Shown: one piece after another, positions 39,303 to 51,398 of the stretch
How the letters are laid out: every line of letters begins with the position of its first letter
Numbering within the stretch: the stretch's first letter is position 1
Source: Chiloscyllium plagiosum
Lineage: Eukaryota
NCBI RefSeq assembly: GCF_004010195.1
Contig: NC_057720.1
Location: 22,866,567-22,930,566 of the forward strand
Length of the DNA: 64,000 nucleotides
Direction of reading: 5' to 3'
Made by a program: the position numbers and the translations under genes
The notes under the pieces: generated by a model
The model's database searches: none
What the model saw: only the letters and a program-made list of their open reading frames with translations
Told to the model about the DNA's origin: nothing

Positions 39303-39521
39303 ATCTAAGCCTGATTGGGTCTAGTGACTCCCAGAAAACGCCACTCACCATGTTGCATGGCTCAGCTAGTTAAAGTCCTAACAGTTGCCACTGTTCCCGG
39401 GGAACCTGTCAAAATTGATTAATTGCTTTTGGAAGTGGAGTATATACTTTCAGAGACCCTTGTTCCTTTTAAACAACCAAAGGTCTCGTCCCACCCAGCC
39501 TTCCAATCTATCATTGACTCC

Positions 39522-39670
39522 TGAGTTCAGAACTCTGAAGAGGAATTGCATTTGACTAAAAACGTTAACTCTGCTTCTCTTTCCACATATACTGCCAGAC
39601 CAGCAAAGTATTTTCAACTCATTCTATTTTTATTGCAGATTTCCAGCACATTAATATTTTGCACTTTTTT
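39522..39670 (+). mobile_element. Decayed hammerhead element, family D
   Basis: GAGTTCAGAACTCTGAAGA..AAACGTTAACTCTGC, homologous to 30724-30858. Confidence 0.6.
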
Positions 39671-39969
39671 TGAGCTATCAGGGAGGACTCCATTTCCCTT
39701 CTTTGAATACTGCCATTTTACATTCATTGGGAGGACAGACAAAGTTCACTTTAATACCTCACCTGTAAGATGGTTACTCTGACCGTGCTGCCTCAGTACT
39801 GTATTAAAGTGTAACAGTACTGAGGACTGTGGAATGGGACTTGAACACACAAATTTCATGATACAGAGATAGGAATGTTACCATTTTGGCATTTTTTGGA
39901 GGTTGTAAGTTCTAAGAATCCATTTTATCTTGTATACATTATCTGAAAGACAGCACTTTGTCAGCACTA

Positions 39970-40915
39970 TAAGACTATAATACCCTAAGCCATAGGAGCA
40001 GAAGTTAGGCCATTCAGCCCATCGAGTCTGCTCTACCATCAATCATGGCTAATAAGTTTCTCAACCCCATTCTCTCACTTTCTCCCCTTAACCCTTGATC
40101 CCCTTGGCAATCAAGAATCTATCTATCTCAGTTTTAAATATACTCTTTGACCTGACCTCCACAGCCTTCTGCAGCAGTGAATTCCATAGATTCACCACTC
40201 TCCGGCTGAAGAAGTTTCTGCTTATCTCTGTTCTAAAGGGTCTTCCCTTTTAGTCTGAGGCTGTGCCCTTGAGTCCTAGTCTCTGCTATCAAATGGAAAC
40301 ATCCTCCCTACATCCACTCTGTCCAGGCCATTCAGTATTCTGTAAGTTTCAATTAGATCCCCCCCTCATCCTTCTAAACTCTTTTGAGCATAGACCCAGA
40401 GTTTGTAAATATTCCTCATATGTTAAGCTTTTCATTCCTGGGACCATTCTTGTGAACCTACTCTGGACCCACTCCAGGGTCAGTACATCCTTCCTGAGGT
40501 GTGGGGCGCAAAATTGCTCACAACGTTCTAAATGTGGTCTGATCAGAGCCTTATAAAGCCTCAGACGTACCTCCCTGCTTTTATATTCTAGTCCTGATAA
40601 AGGGCTTATGCTACTCTTCGGTTGCTGTCTGACCGACTGCATTTTTCTGGCACCACACTCTTCGACTCTGATCTCCAGCATCTGCAGTTCTCACTTTCTC
40701 CTCTTGAAATAAATGCCAATGTTTTATTTGTTTTATCATCATTCCAAACTATGACTTAACCTGTAAGTTTACCTTAAGAGAATCCTGGACTAGATTCCTG
40801 AGTCCCTTTGCACCTCAGATTTCTGAAGCCTTTCCCCATTTTAGAAAATAGTCCATGCCTCTATACTTCCCACCAATGTGCATGACTTCACATTTTCCTT
40901 CATTGTATTCCACTG
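39970..40915 (-). mobile_element. CR1 3' fragment with a nested, internally deleted family A element (+, about 40594-40702)
   Basis: LYKALIRPHLE..RMRGG in ORF 40349-40681; CCTGATAAAGGGCTTATGC..CTCACTTTCTCC insert. Confidence 0.88.
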
Positions 40916-41549
40916 AAATTTCAGCTTAGGTTATGTATTTGTGTCCTAAGAGTTTGGGCCATCTTCTTTTGACATTGCTTCAGCTAGAGTTTGAAACATG
41001 GGTAAGTAGTTGAAGGAACATTGTTCCCTGATCTGACACATAGATTGACACAATGTCCAAAAGAAAAGATGAAATAACAATTGGAAAACAGTTTGTTTAA
41101 GTCAACAGACAATTCTCCAAAGTGTTTCGGCAAATGTTAAGGTTTCATCACCACAGCTAATCTGATATCAAGGGCATAAATAACTGATATGAATTACTTT
41201 AACTTTGTAGAGACGATTGCAATGTTACTTGTGGTGTTAGACATTCATTTTTAAAATGTCTTCCTTAGACTATACATTTACCTACAGCTTAAAGCAACCA
41301 CAAAGTTAATTTTTTCAATGCTTTTCTTCATTTTACAGTGATTCTTGTTGAATCCTATTATTTAAATAAGCTGTCAATCATCCTGGACAAGGCAAAACTA
41401 TTCAATCACAATTACTTGACATTTTCTGGCTTTTGGGATATTTGCCTTTATTAGTGCACATCGAAATACTTCTTAACATGGTATGAGTTAAAATAGAGTT
41501 TGATATCAGAAAGCTTACACTGGAACTATCTAAAGTATTGTTTAGACTA

Positions 41550-42095
41550 CAGTTAGAATATTGTGTGCAGTTCTGGAATCCATATGATTGGAGGGGTGTG
41601 ATTGAATTGGAGAAGGTAGACGGGATTTATCACAATGTTGCCTGAGCTGGAAAGTTTAGGTATGAAGAGAGATTGGATTGTTTGAGATAAAATAATTAAA
41701 TAATGCGGGTGTTGGAAATCTGAAATTGATCTGAATCTAGGTAGACTGATGCTGTTTTCCTTACAGCAGAGGAGACTGAGGGAGAGCATGATTGAGATGT
41801 ATAAAATTATGAGCAGCATATATTGTGTAGGCAGCAAGTGACATTTCTCCTTGATGGAGGGATTAATGATAGGGAAAATGGATTTAAGGTAAGAGACAAG
41901 AGATTTCGAGGGAATGTGGGGGAAAAGCTATTTCATCCAGAGGGTGGTGGGAATCTGGAACTTACTGCCTGTAGGGTGGTACAGGCAGAAACCTACATAC
42001 CATTTTAAGATGTATTTCGATGTGCACTTGTAATGCCAAGACATACAAGATGATGGGTCAAATGCTGGAAAATGGATTTAAAATAGTTAGGTGGC
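41550..42095 (+). mobile_element. Decayed CR1 3' fragment
   Basis: TTAGAATATTGTGTGCAGTTCTGG (LEYCVQFW). Confidence 0.75.
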
Positions 42096-42108
42096 TGTTT
42101 TTTTTTCT

Positions 42109-42240
42109 GGGCGAAAGTGAGAACTGCAGATGCCAGAGGTTAGAGTCGAGAGTGTGGTGCTGGAAAAGCACAGCAGGTCAGGCAGCATCCGAGGAGCAGG
42201 AATATCGGCGTTTCAGGCAAAAGCCCTTCATCAGGAATCA
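42109..42240 (-). mobile_element. Solo hammerhead element, family A
   Basis: Minus strand CTGATGAAGGGCTTTTGCCTGAAACG at about 42207-42234; TTTTTTCTGG on both sides. Confidence 0.8.
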
Positions 42241-42479
42241 TTTTTTCTGGTCCAGTCTCATAGAATCACACAGGACAGAACTAGCCCTTTAGCTCATCAG
42301 GTCTGTACAGCCAAAACCTCATTAAATCTGCACTAGTCCCATTTTCCAGCATTGGACCTATAGCCTTGAATGTTATGACATTTCAAGTGCTCATCCAAGT
42401 ACTTTTTAAAGGTTGTGAGGTAATCCACATTTACACATACTCCAGGTCAAAAAGCTCTTTAGTACACTATTACGTTTAA

Positions 42480-42995
42480 GGACTTGATGTTGTGAAACTT
42501 GAAAGGGTTCAGAAAAGATTTACAAGGATGTTGACAGAGTTGGAGGATTTGAGCTTCAGGGAGAGGCTGAACAAGCTGGGGCTGTTTTCCCTGGAGCATC
42601 GGAGGCTGAGGGGTGACCTTATAGAGGTTTACAAAATTATGAGGGACATGGATAGGCTAAGTAGGCAAAGTCTTTTCCCTGGGGTTGGGGAGTCCAGAAT
42701 TAGAGGGCATAGGTTTAGGGTGAGAGGGGAAAGATATAAAAGAGACCTAAGGGGCAACTTTTTCACGCAGAGGGTGGTACATGTATGGAATGAGCTGCCA
42801 GAGGAAGTGGTGGTGGCTGGTACAATTGCAACATTTAAGAGGCATTTGGATGGGTATATGAATAGGAAGAGTTTGGATGGATATGGGCCGGGTGCTGGCA
42901 GGTGGGACTAGATTGGGTTGGGATATCTGGTTGGCATGGACGGGTTAGACCGAAGGGTCTGTTTCAATGCTGTACATCTCTATGACTCTATGACT
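42480..42995 (+). mobile_element. Young CR1 3' fragment with an uninterrupted 139-aa frame
   Basis: ORF 42492-42911 LERVQKRFTRM..RGDLIEVYKIM..FFTQRVV.VWNELP; nearly identical to 13195-13522. Confidence 0.95.
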
Positions 42996-43019
42996 TGGTT
43001 TCCTTGACTATTTAATGTA

Positions 43020-43230
43020 AAGTGAGGACTGCAGATGCTGGAGATCAGAGCTGAAAATGTGTTGCTGGAAAAGCGCAGCAGGTCAGGCAGCATCCAAGGA
43101 GCAGGAGAATCGACGTTTCGGGCATGAGCCCTTCAGCCCTCGTGAAGAAGGGCCCATGCCCGAAACGTCAATTCTCCTGCTCCTTGGATGCTGCCTGACC
43201 TGCTGCGCTTTTCCAGCAACACATTTTCAG
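43020..43230 (-). mobile_element. Young fold-back hammerhead element, family A
   Basis: Arms 43051-43134 and about 43146-43230 are near-perfect reverse complements; TSD TATTTAATGTA at 43009-43019 and 43231-43241. Confidence 0.9.
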
Positions 43231-43314
43231 TATTTAATGTATGATTAAAGTTTGAATGTACGCTAGTAATCTTTATGCACATAAAGTAAATGATAATGTT
43301 CTACACATATACAC

Positions 43315-44510
43315 ATAAAGGTAAAACACTGCTGGTGCTGGATATCTGAAATAAACACAGAAGACTGGAGAAACTCAGCAGGTCTTGCAGCATCTGTGGA
43401 GAGAGGAAAAAAACAGAGTTAAAGTTTCCAGTCAGGTATGAGTGGTTTTTAGAACAGAAAGGTGTAGAAAAATGTGTTCTTTTCACATTTTCAACACAGG
43501 AGCAATGGGGCAGAAGATAGAGAGCCAATACAAAACGTAAAGACATTGTTAATGGAAGAAAAAGAAAGATGAAAAAGAGTGTAAATTTAGGTAAGAGTGG
43601 GAATTCGTTCTTGTGTCATTTTCTTATATTTTGTTTACTTAGTAACAACTGTGGGGGAAGAGGGGATGAGACTGTGAGAAAAATAGAAGGGAGAAATAAA
43701 GTGATTAGCTTCTAAAGCTATTGAATTCAATGTTACGACCTCAAGGTTACAAAGTGCCTAAATGGCAAATAAGGTGCTGTTTCTTGAGGTTGCATTGTGT
43801 TTCTTTGGGACATTGCAGCAGGCCCAAATTGAAATGTTTGCTTGAGAGCAAGGTGGCTTATTGGAATAGCAAGCAACTGGGAAGTCAGGATCATTCCTAT
43901 GGACAGAACAAGGTGCTCTGCAAAACAGTCACCCAGTCTGTGTTCACCAATGTAAAAGAGACCACAATGGGAGCAGCGAATGCAGTAGATTAAATTGAAA
44001 GAAGTACAAGAGAAATACTGCTCCAGCTGGACAGTGTGTTTGGGGCCTTGGATAGTGAGGGTGGAACTGGTGAATGAGTAAGTATGATACTTTCTGAGAT
44101 GGTTTTGGAAGGTTCCATGGGAGAGTGGAAGAGTGGACCTGGGTATCACGGATGGAGCATAATGTTGACACTGGAGGCGAGGGAAGTATCCTGCTGGCAG
44201 AAGTGCCAAAGGATGGTCTGTTAAATATGGAGACTGGTAGGATGGAAAGTAAGGGCAAGTGGAACCCGATCATTTTTCTGGACTGGAGGGAAAGGGGCAA
44301 GGTCAGAAGTGGAGGAGATAGGTTGGACACAGCTGATAACTGTGTCTACTGCAATGGAAAGGGAATCCTTGATTGAGGGAAAAAAAGCAGTCAGATCAGA
44401 GGCAGTCCCATGGATGGTAGCATCATCTGGATAGATGCAATGGAGACAGAGAAAGTTGGAAAATGAAACAGAATTGTAGAAGAAAGCAGGTGTAATCAAG
44501 GTAAGTATGG
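43315..44510 (-). mobile_element. Penelope-like element: RT C-terminus, GIY-YIG and family D terminus
   Basis: DRVPLALTFHPTSLHI (ORF 44221-44499); FSCTSFNLIYCIRCSHCGLFYIGE..RLGDCFAEHL (ORF 43733-44209); 43315-43455 matches 19593-19728 on the minus strand. Confidence 0.85.
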
Positions 44511-44974
44511 GAGTCAGTAAATATATATATCTTGTGAAATAATTTTTTGAATGTCAATGTGATAACTAATATCTAGTTTGTGCTTCATAGACCCATTGAT
44601 TAAAATGTTACCAGCAATTACTCTGATTTCATAATCACTTTAAAGACATCAATAATAAATGAATGAGCAAGACCAGATAGGGGAAGAATGGTGTGCAAAC
44701 TCACAAACTCAAAAGAAGGAAGTCTTGTTGAAATGCTTTCAATATAAAGGGCTTCCTACATTCAGGTAATGACAGAGATTTTGAATATTTAATTTTAATT
44801 TGTATTGGCTCTGATATTTATGAAGAGCAGTGGGGGTGTGCAAATTTGTAAATGGCGAAGAATCTGAAAAGGCCAGGAAAGGACAGGTCCTGCCGAAAGG
44901 TTACAAACATTTTCCAGGTGTGTTTCCACCTTGTACTTGAAGAGAAGAAGCGAACATGAATGGACTTGGAATTC

Positions 44975-46420
44975 TGTTTAATTCATTTGTGGAACATGGG
45001 CATCTCAGCTGAAGTCAATGTTTATAATCCATCCCTAAAAGCCCAGAGGCCAGTTCAGAGTTCACCACATTGATCTGGATCTGGTGTCACATTGGACTTA
45101 GGAACATAGGAACAGGAGTAGGCCATTCAGCCTATCGAAGCTGCTGTGCCATTGAATAATCATAGCTAATCCGTGGCCGAACTCCATATGCCTGCTTTGG
45201 GGCCATATCCCTTGATATTGTTGCTTAATACAAATTTGTCTAGCTCAGATTTAAATTTAGCCATTGAATAGCATCGACCGCTGTTTGATAGTTTCAAACC
45301 TTCACTAATTTATTAAATCTCTCTTCATAAGTAAACCCCTGAAGTCCAGGTATCATTCTTGTAAACCTGTGAACTCCCTCCAGCACCAAAACATCCATAC
45401 TAAGGTGTGGTGCTCCGACCTGGTCACAGTACCCTACGTGATGTCTAACTTAGGTTTATTTTAACCTGCAGACTATCATTTGCATCCTTGTATTCCAACC
45501 TTGTAAATATGAAGGCCAGCATTCCATTAGCCTCCTTGACTATTTTTTGCATCTGTTTGTGACACTTTAAAGAGCTGTGTTCCTGAACCCCCAAATCTTG
45601 TTAGACATCTACTCGATTTAATTTTGTTCCTTCTAAAAAATACCTTGATCAATCCTTTTTCAGTCCAAAGTGGATAAACTCAGTTGCTTATATTTAAATC
45701 CATCTGTCACAGCTTTGCCCATTCATCTAATCTATCAATATCCTCTTGTAATTTTATGCTATTGTCAACAGTCTATAATGCTGCCAATTTTTGTCATCAA
45801 CAAGTTGGATATTTGACTTTTTATGCCATTATCCAAGTTAATGATTCTTGTGAATAATTGAGGCCCTGAAACAGATCCCTGAGGGACACCAGTAACACAT
45901 CCTGCCAATTTGAGTACATACTCTTTATTCTAACTCTATTTCCTTCTCTGAACCAATTTCTTAAACATGTTGGTAATTTGCCCTCCATATCATAGGCTTC
46001 CAACTTAGCTAACAGGCATTTACCTGAAATTTTATCAAAAGCCTTCTGGAAATCCAAATAAATAACGTCCATTGACTTACCTCTGTCCACTATCTTTGTC
46101 ACCTTTTCAAAAAGATCTGAGGTTTGTCAGGTCTGACTTCCCCTTCAGGAATCTACGCTGACTCTCCCTGATTAACTATCGGCTAGATCAGGGAAGAATA
46201 ACAGATTTCCTTCCTTATAGGATGTTAGTGAACTAGTTTTTTTTTGTGACAATCAACAGTAGTTACAATGTCACCCAGTAGGCTAGATGTTTTTTGAACT
46301 CCAGATTTTTTTTAAACTGAATTCAAATTTCACCATCCTGCCATGGTAGGATTTGAAACCATACCCCATGAATACTAGTCTGGGGTTCTAGGTTACTGGT
46401 ACAGTTATGTTACCTCTTTA
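44975..46420 (-). mobile_element. SINE remnant interrupted by a CR1 RT fragment (about 45095-46175)
   Basis: DVIYLDFQKAFDK in ORF 45821-46102; SINE halves on both sides. Confidence 0.8.
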
Positions 46421-46567
46421 CCTGAATTTGATGATAACTATGTTATCTAAACTTTGCTCAGCCATGAATGCAATTAACTTCTCTTGCACTCTCTCTTCCT
46501 CTTTGGAAGATATTTTAATTGGGAGAAATTGAGTATCTCTTTAAATTCATCAACTGTTCTACGTTTT

Positions 46568-47105
46568 AGGGGAGGCAGTGGTCTAGTGATATTATCAATT
46601 GGACTGTTAATCCAGAGGCGAAAAGTGAAGACTGCGCATGCTGGAGATTAGAGTCAAGAGTGTGGTGCTGTAAAAGCACAGTATGTCAGGCAGCATCCGA
46701 GGACCAGGAGAATCGATGTTTCAAGCAGGATTCTCCTGTTCCTCAGACGGTGCCTGACCTACTGTGTTTTTCCAGCACCACACTCTCTACTATTAATCCA
46801 GAGACCCAGATAATGTTCTGGGGACCCGGGTTCAAATCCGACATGGCAGACAGTAGAATCTGAGTTCAATAAAAATCTGGAATTGAGTCTAATGATGACC
46901 ATGAATCTACTATCAATTATTGGAAAAACCCATCTGGATCATTAACGTTCTTCAGGGAAGGAAGCTGCCATCCTTACCTGGTCTGGCCTACATATGACTC
47001 CAGACTCTTAGCAATGTGGTTGACTCTTAATCGCTCTCTGGGGCAATTAGGGATAGCAATAAATGCTGTCCAGTGACGCCCTCATCCTGTGAATAAATAA
47101 ACAAA
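46568..47105 (+). mobile_element. tRNA-derived SINE with an L2/CR1-group tail
   Basis: A-box-like GGCAGTGGTCTAGTG, B-box-like GGGTTCAAATCC; tail similar to the LINE end at about 36960-37030. Confidence 0.8.
46618..46790 (-). mobile_element. Fold-back family A element inserted between the SINE A and B boxes; ribozyme core mostly deleted
   Basis: Inverted arms; TTAATCCAGAG duplicated on both sides. Confidence 0.8.
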
Positions 47106-47109
47106 AAAT

Positions 47110-47900
47110 CTTTGCTCAGTCTACTCGGACCAGTCTTTATGCATATTAAAATCATCCATAATTATTGTCATAATTTCTGACAAGACCACAGTTCACACTA
47201 TGCCCTACTGTGGAATTACTGTTTGGGGATCTATAGATTACTCCCAGTTGGGACTTATTCCCTTTGATATTTCTTACATTTACCCAGACTGATTCTATGT
47301 CTTGATCTCCAGTGTCAAAATCATTTCTTGTGACAGCACAGGTCTCTTCCTTTGCCTATCTATCTATCCTTTCAAAACACTTGGACAATCAACATCCAGA
47401 CCTGGTCTCCCTGCAACCATGTCTCAGTAAACACCACCAAATCATAACCATTTGTCTATATTTGCACAGTTAACTCATTAATTTTATTTTGAATGCTAAA
47501 TGTAGATGCAGATATAAACCCTTTATGTTTGTCCAATTTTCCCTACTTTTGTGCAACTCCTTGGTGCAGCATGATGTCTGCATACTCTGTCCTTCCTTTT
47601 CATTTTCGAGCAACAATCAGCTTAATCACTAACTAGCACTCCTACCTTCTTCACATACTGTGATTTTTTAAAAAAATATTAATATTCCATGCAATTGAAC
47701 CTTTCACCCCACCGTCTCACTATTTAGTTTATTGTCCTGTCTACAGTCCTAGTAAAGCAAGTTTCCAGAATTCTGGTCCCAGCATGATTCAAGTGGAGCC
47801 TAAACCAGTGGAACAGCTCCCTCTTTCTCCAGTTCTGGTGGCAATGCCCCACAAACTCTAACTCATTTCACCAATCTTTGAGCTACAGAATTACCTCTTT
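47110..47900 (-). mobile_element. Decayed CR1 ORF1/endonuclease remnant
   Basis: CCTGGTCTCCCTGCAACCATGTCTCAGT reads TETWLQGDQ on the minus strand (APE motif). Confidence 0.6.
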
Positions 47901-50045
47901 AATCTTTTTAACCCTGTGCCAATTAGCAAAGCTAAGGGATGTCATATCACAAAGGTTAGGGCAAGCTGGAGCATTTGGAAACATTTAAAGGCCAAAAAGG
48001 GTTCCTAAAAAGCAGTAAAAAGAACAAAGGTTAATTATAAAAAAAACTAGTGCAAAGTATAAACACTGATAGCATAAGATTCTAAAAGTATATAAAAAGA
48101 AGTAACAAACATAAATATTGATCACTTCAAGGTTGAGACTGGAAAGTTAACAATGGGTAAAACAGAAATGGCAGAGAGAGTAAAGCAATATTTTAACTCA
48201 GGACACTGAAATCATGCCAATTGTAACAGATAATGCAGATTTTATAGAAAAGGAGGAAATAAAACAGTTGCCAGAGGTGGGGAAAGACCAAAGAACAACC
48301 TATTAGGTTTACAGGCAAATGAGTCCCCAGGGCCTGATGTTCTATTTTCTATGAAGTGGAAGTAGAGGAAGTGGTAGCATTAAAAGGTTGCATTAAAAAA
48401 TTGCTAACGTAATGTCCTTATTGAAAAAGGGAGTGAGGCCTAAAGTAAAATATTGCAAACTAGTTAGTTTAATGTCTGTCATCGGGTTATTGTCAGAATC
48501 CAACTATCAGAAAGTGGTAATGGAACTTTTAGAAAGTCAGAACAGATCCATCAGGGTCAACATGATTTTATCGCAGGGAAGTCATGTTTGACTAATTTGC
48601 TAGACTTCTTCGAAGATGTAAATAAACATGGATAATAAGGGGGTCCTATAGTTGTAGTATATCTAGATTTCCAGAAGACATTTAATAAGGTGCCATAAAG
48701 TTAATAAACAAGGTAAGAGCACATGGGGTTATGGGTAATATTTTAGCTTGAATAGAGGATTGGCTAACAAACAGAGTAAAATTGAGATAAATAGTTTTTT
48801 TTTGATTGGCAAGATGTAACTAGTGGGGTGCCAGAAGTTTCTGTCCTCAGGCCCAAACAATTTACAATCTATATTAATAACTTGGATATGGAAATAGATT
48901 ATACAACAGCCAAATTTTCAGATGACACTAATAGGTGGAAAATAAGTCTCAAATGAAGAAATAAGACATAAGCAAATGGATATGGAAAGGTTCGAAGATT
49001 GGGCCAATGTTTGCAGATGGAGTTTAATGTGAATAAGTGTGAAGTATTCCATTTTCATCAGAAAAATTAAAATGGAATGTATTTAAATGGAGGGAAGCTT
49101 CAAAATGATTCGGTACAGAGGGATCTGGGTGTCCTCAAGCGTGAATCGCTGAACGTTAGTATGCAGGCACAGAAGGTAATAAGGAGGGCAAATGGAATTT
49201 TTGCACTGACTGCTGAAGGAATAGAATATGAAAATAGAGAAGTATTGTTGAAATTGTACAAAGCATCTGGAGTACTGCAAATAGTTTTGGTCCCTTTAAA
49301 TTTGCAAGGATGTAATTACATGTAAGACAATCAGTGAAGGTTTTCTAGATTAATTCCAAAGGCTTGTTTTATGAGGAGAGATTGAGCAGTCTGGGCTTGT
49401 ACTCGCGAGAGTTTAGAAGGATGAGGGAAGATCCAATTGAAGCATATAAAGATGCTAAAGAGGATTGACAAAGTGAATGTAGGAAGGGTGTTTCTCCTAT
49501 GGGTACTCTAGAAAGTGAGGCCAAGTTTAACACCAAAGCATGGCAGATTGAAAAGAATGATGTGGAGAACTTACTTTGTTCAAAACGTCATATATCTGTG
49601 GAATTCACTACCCCCAAGTGTGGTGGATGCAAGCATTTAAAAAAGAAACTGAAGAGGAGATAGACAGATATTTAATCAGTAATGGATTAAAGAATTGTGG
49701 AAAATGGGCAAGAAAATGGAGTTGAAGCCAGGATGAGATCAACCATATTCTTACCAAAGGGTGGAACAGGCTTAAGGGACTGAATTGCCCAAGCAACCTC
49801 TTAGGTTCTGTAAAAGTCCCAGGTGATTGAGAAATTGCCAACAGCCTTATTCCGAAAGGGAAGGAGACAAGAAAACAAGTAAACTAACATCTACTATTTG
49901 GAAAATGTTCAAATCTATTATAAATGGTGAAAGAATAGAGCAGTTAGAAATACGTAACATAATCAAGCAGAGTCAGCATGACTTCTTGAAGGAAATATCA
50001 TAGCTGACAAATTTATAAGAATTCTTTGAGGCAGTAATAGCAGGA

Positions 50046-50392
50046 TAGAATAGAATCCATACAGTGTGAAAGCGGGCCATTTAGCTCATCGCGTACAAAC
50101 TGATCCTGCAAAGATCATCCCTCCCAGACTTACCCCATCCTTGTAACCCAGCATTTCCCATGACTAATCCACCTAGCCTGTACGTTCCTGGATACAATGG
50201 TCAATTTAGCCTGGCCAATCCACCTAACCTGCAGATCTTTAAACTTTAGGAGGATTCTGGAGCACCTGGAGGAAACCCATGCAGGCATGTTGCAAATGTG
50301 AATCTTCAGCACAGTCACCTAAGGCTCGAATCGATCTTGGTTCCTTGGCACTGAGGGCAGCAGTGCTAACCTCAATGCCACTGTAATTCCCA
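50046..50392 (-). mobile_element. HE1-like SINE
   Basis: Homologous to 947-1270; nested in CR1. Confidence 0.85.
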
Positions 50393-51077
50393 TGGGCTAG
50401 TTAAAGGGGAAGCTGTGGGTGCCCTATATTTGGATTTTCAGAAGGTATTTGAAAGGATACCACAAAGGCTATGTAATAATGTAAGTGCTAAAGGTGTTGG
50501 AGACAGTATATTAGCATGGGTAGAGGATTCTGTTTTTTCTCAGACAGAGTTGGGAGTTACGGAGGGCATCTTCATGATGGCAGCCTTACCTAGCAGAGTG
50601 CCACAGGGAACTGTGCTAGAACCATAATTATTTACAGTATATGTCAATGACTTAGATGAAGGAATCAAACCTGCTACAGACAAGTTTGCAGATGCCACAA
50701 AAATTGGTGGGAAGGTAAGTGTTGAGGATAACAGAATCTGCAAATGGATATGAGCAAGTTAAGTGAGTGGAATAAACTTTATATTCCATATCCCAAAGTG
50801 AAAAATGAGAGGTTATGCACTTTGGCAGGACAAGTAGAGGAAATGATTGTTATTTAAAGGGAGAAAGACACTGAAAGCTACAGCATGGAGATATTTGGGG
50901 GCCTCATGTATGAATCACCAAAGGCTTGTATCCAAATTAGCAAGGAATAGGGAAGATAAATGGTAATGTTCTCCTTCATCTCAAAGGAAATGGAGTATCT
51001 AGATAAAAGATACAAAGCTATAATAACTGTACTAGTTGTTTGGTACCCTGAATACTTGAACAGTTTTTTTTTAACAT

Positions 51078-51398
51078 CACGAGAGATTAGATGGAAACAG
51101 GCCCTTTGGCCCAACAAGTCCACACTGGCCCTCCAAAGAGTAACCCTTCCAGACCCATTCCCGTACCCTATATTTACCCCTGGCTAACGCACCTAACGCT
51201 ATGGGCAATTTAGCATGGCCAATTCACCTAATTTGCATATTTTTGGATTGTGGGAGGAAACCGGAGCACGTAGAGGAAACCCACACAGACATAGGTAGAA
51301 TTTGCAAGCTCCCAAACAGTCGCCCGAGATGGAACTTGAATCCAGGTCCCTGGCACTGCGAGACAGCGGTGCTAACCACTGAGCCACCATGCCGCTCC
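51078..51398 (-). mobile_element. HE1-like SINE
   Basis: Minus strand GCGGCATGGTGGCTCAGTGGTTAGCAC..GGGACCTGGATTCAAGTTCC tRNA-like head. Confidence 0.9.

Noticed and set aside
41339..41480. Plus-strand segment with strong acceptor and donor
   Set aside because: All three frames contain stops; a non-coding exon cannot be excluded but is unsupported.
43057..43248. Recurrent peptides CCWKSAAGQAAS and LLLLGCCLTCCAFPA as a small gene family
   Set aside because: They are chance frames of the fold-back repeat and appear on both strands because of the palindrome.
51320..51398. tRNA gene
   Set aside because: It is the tRNA-derived head of a SINE.
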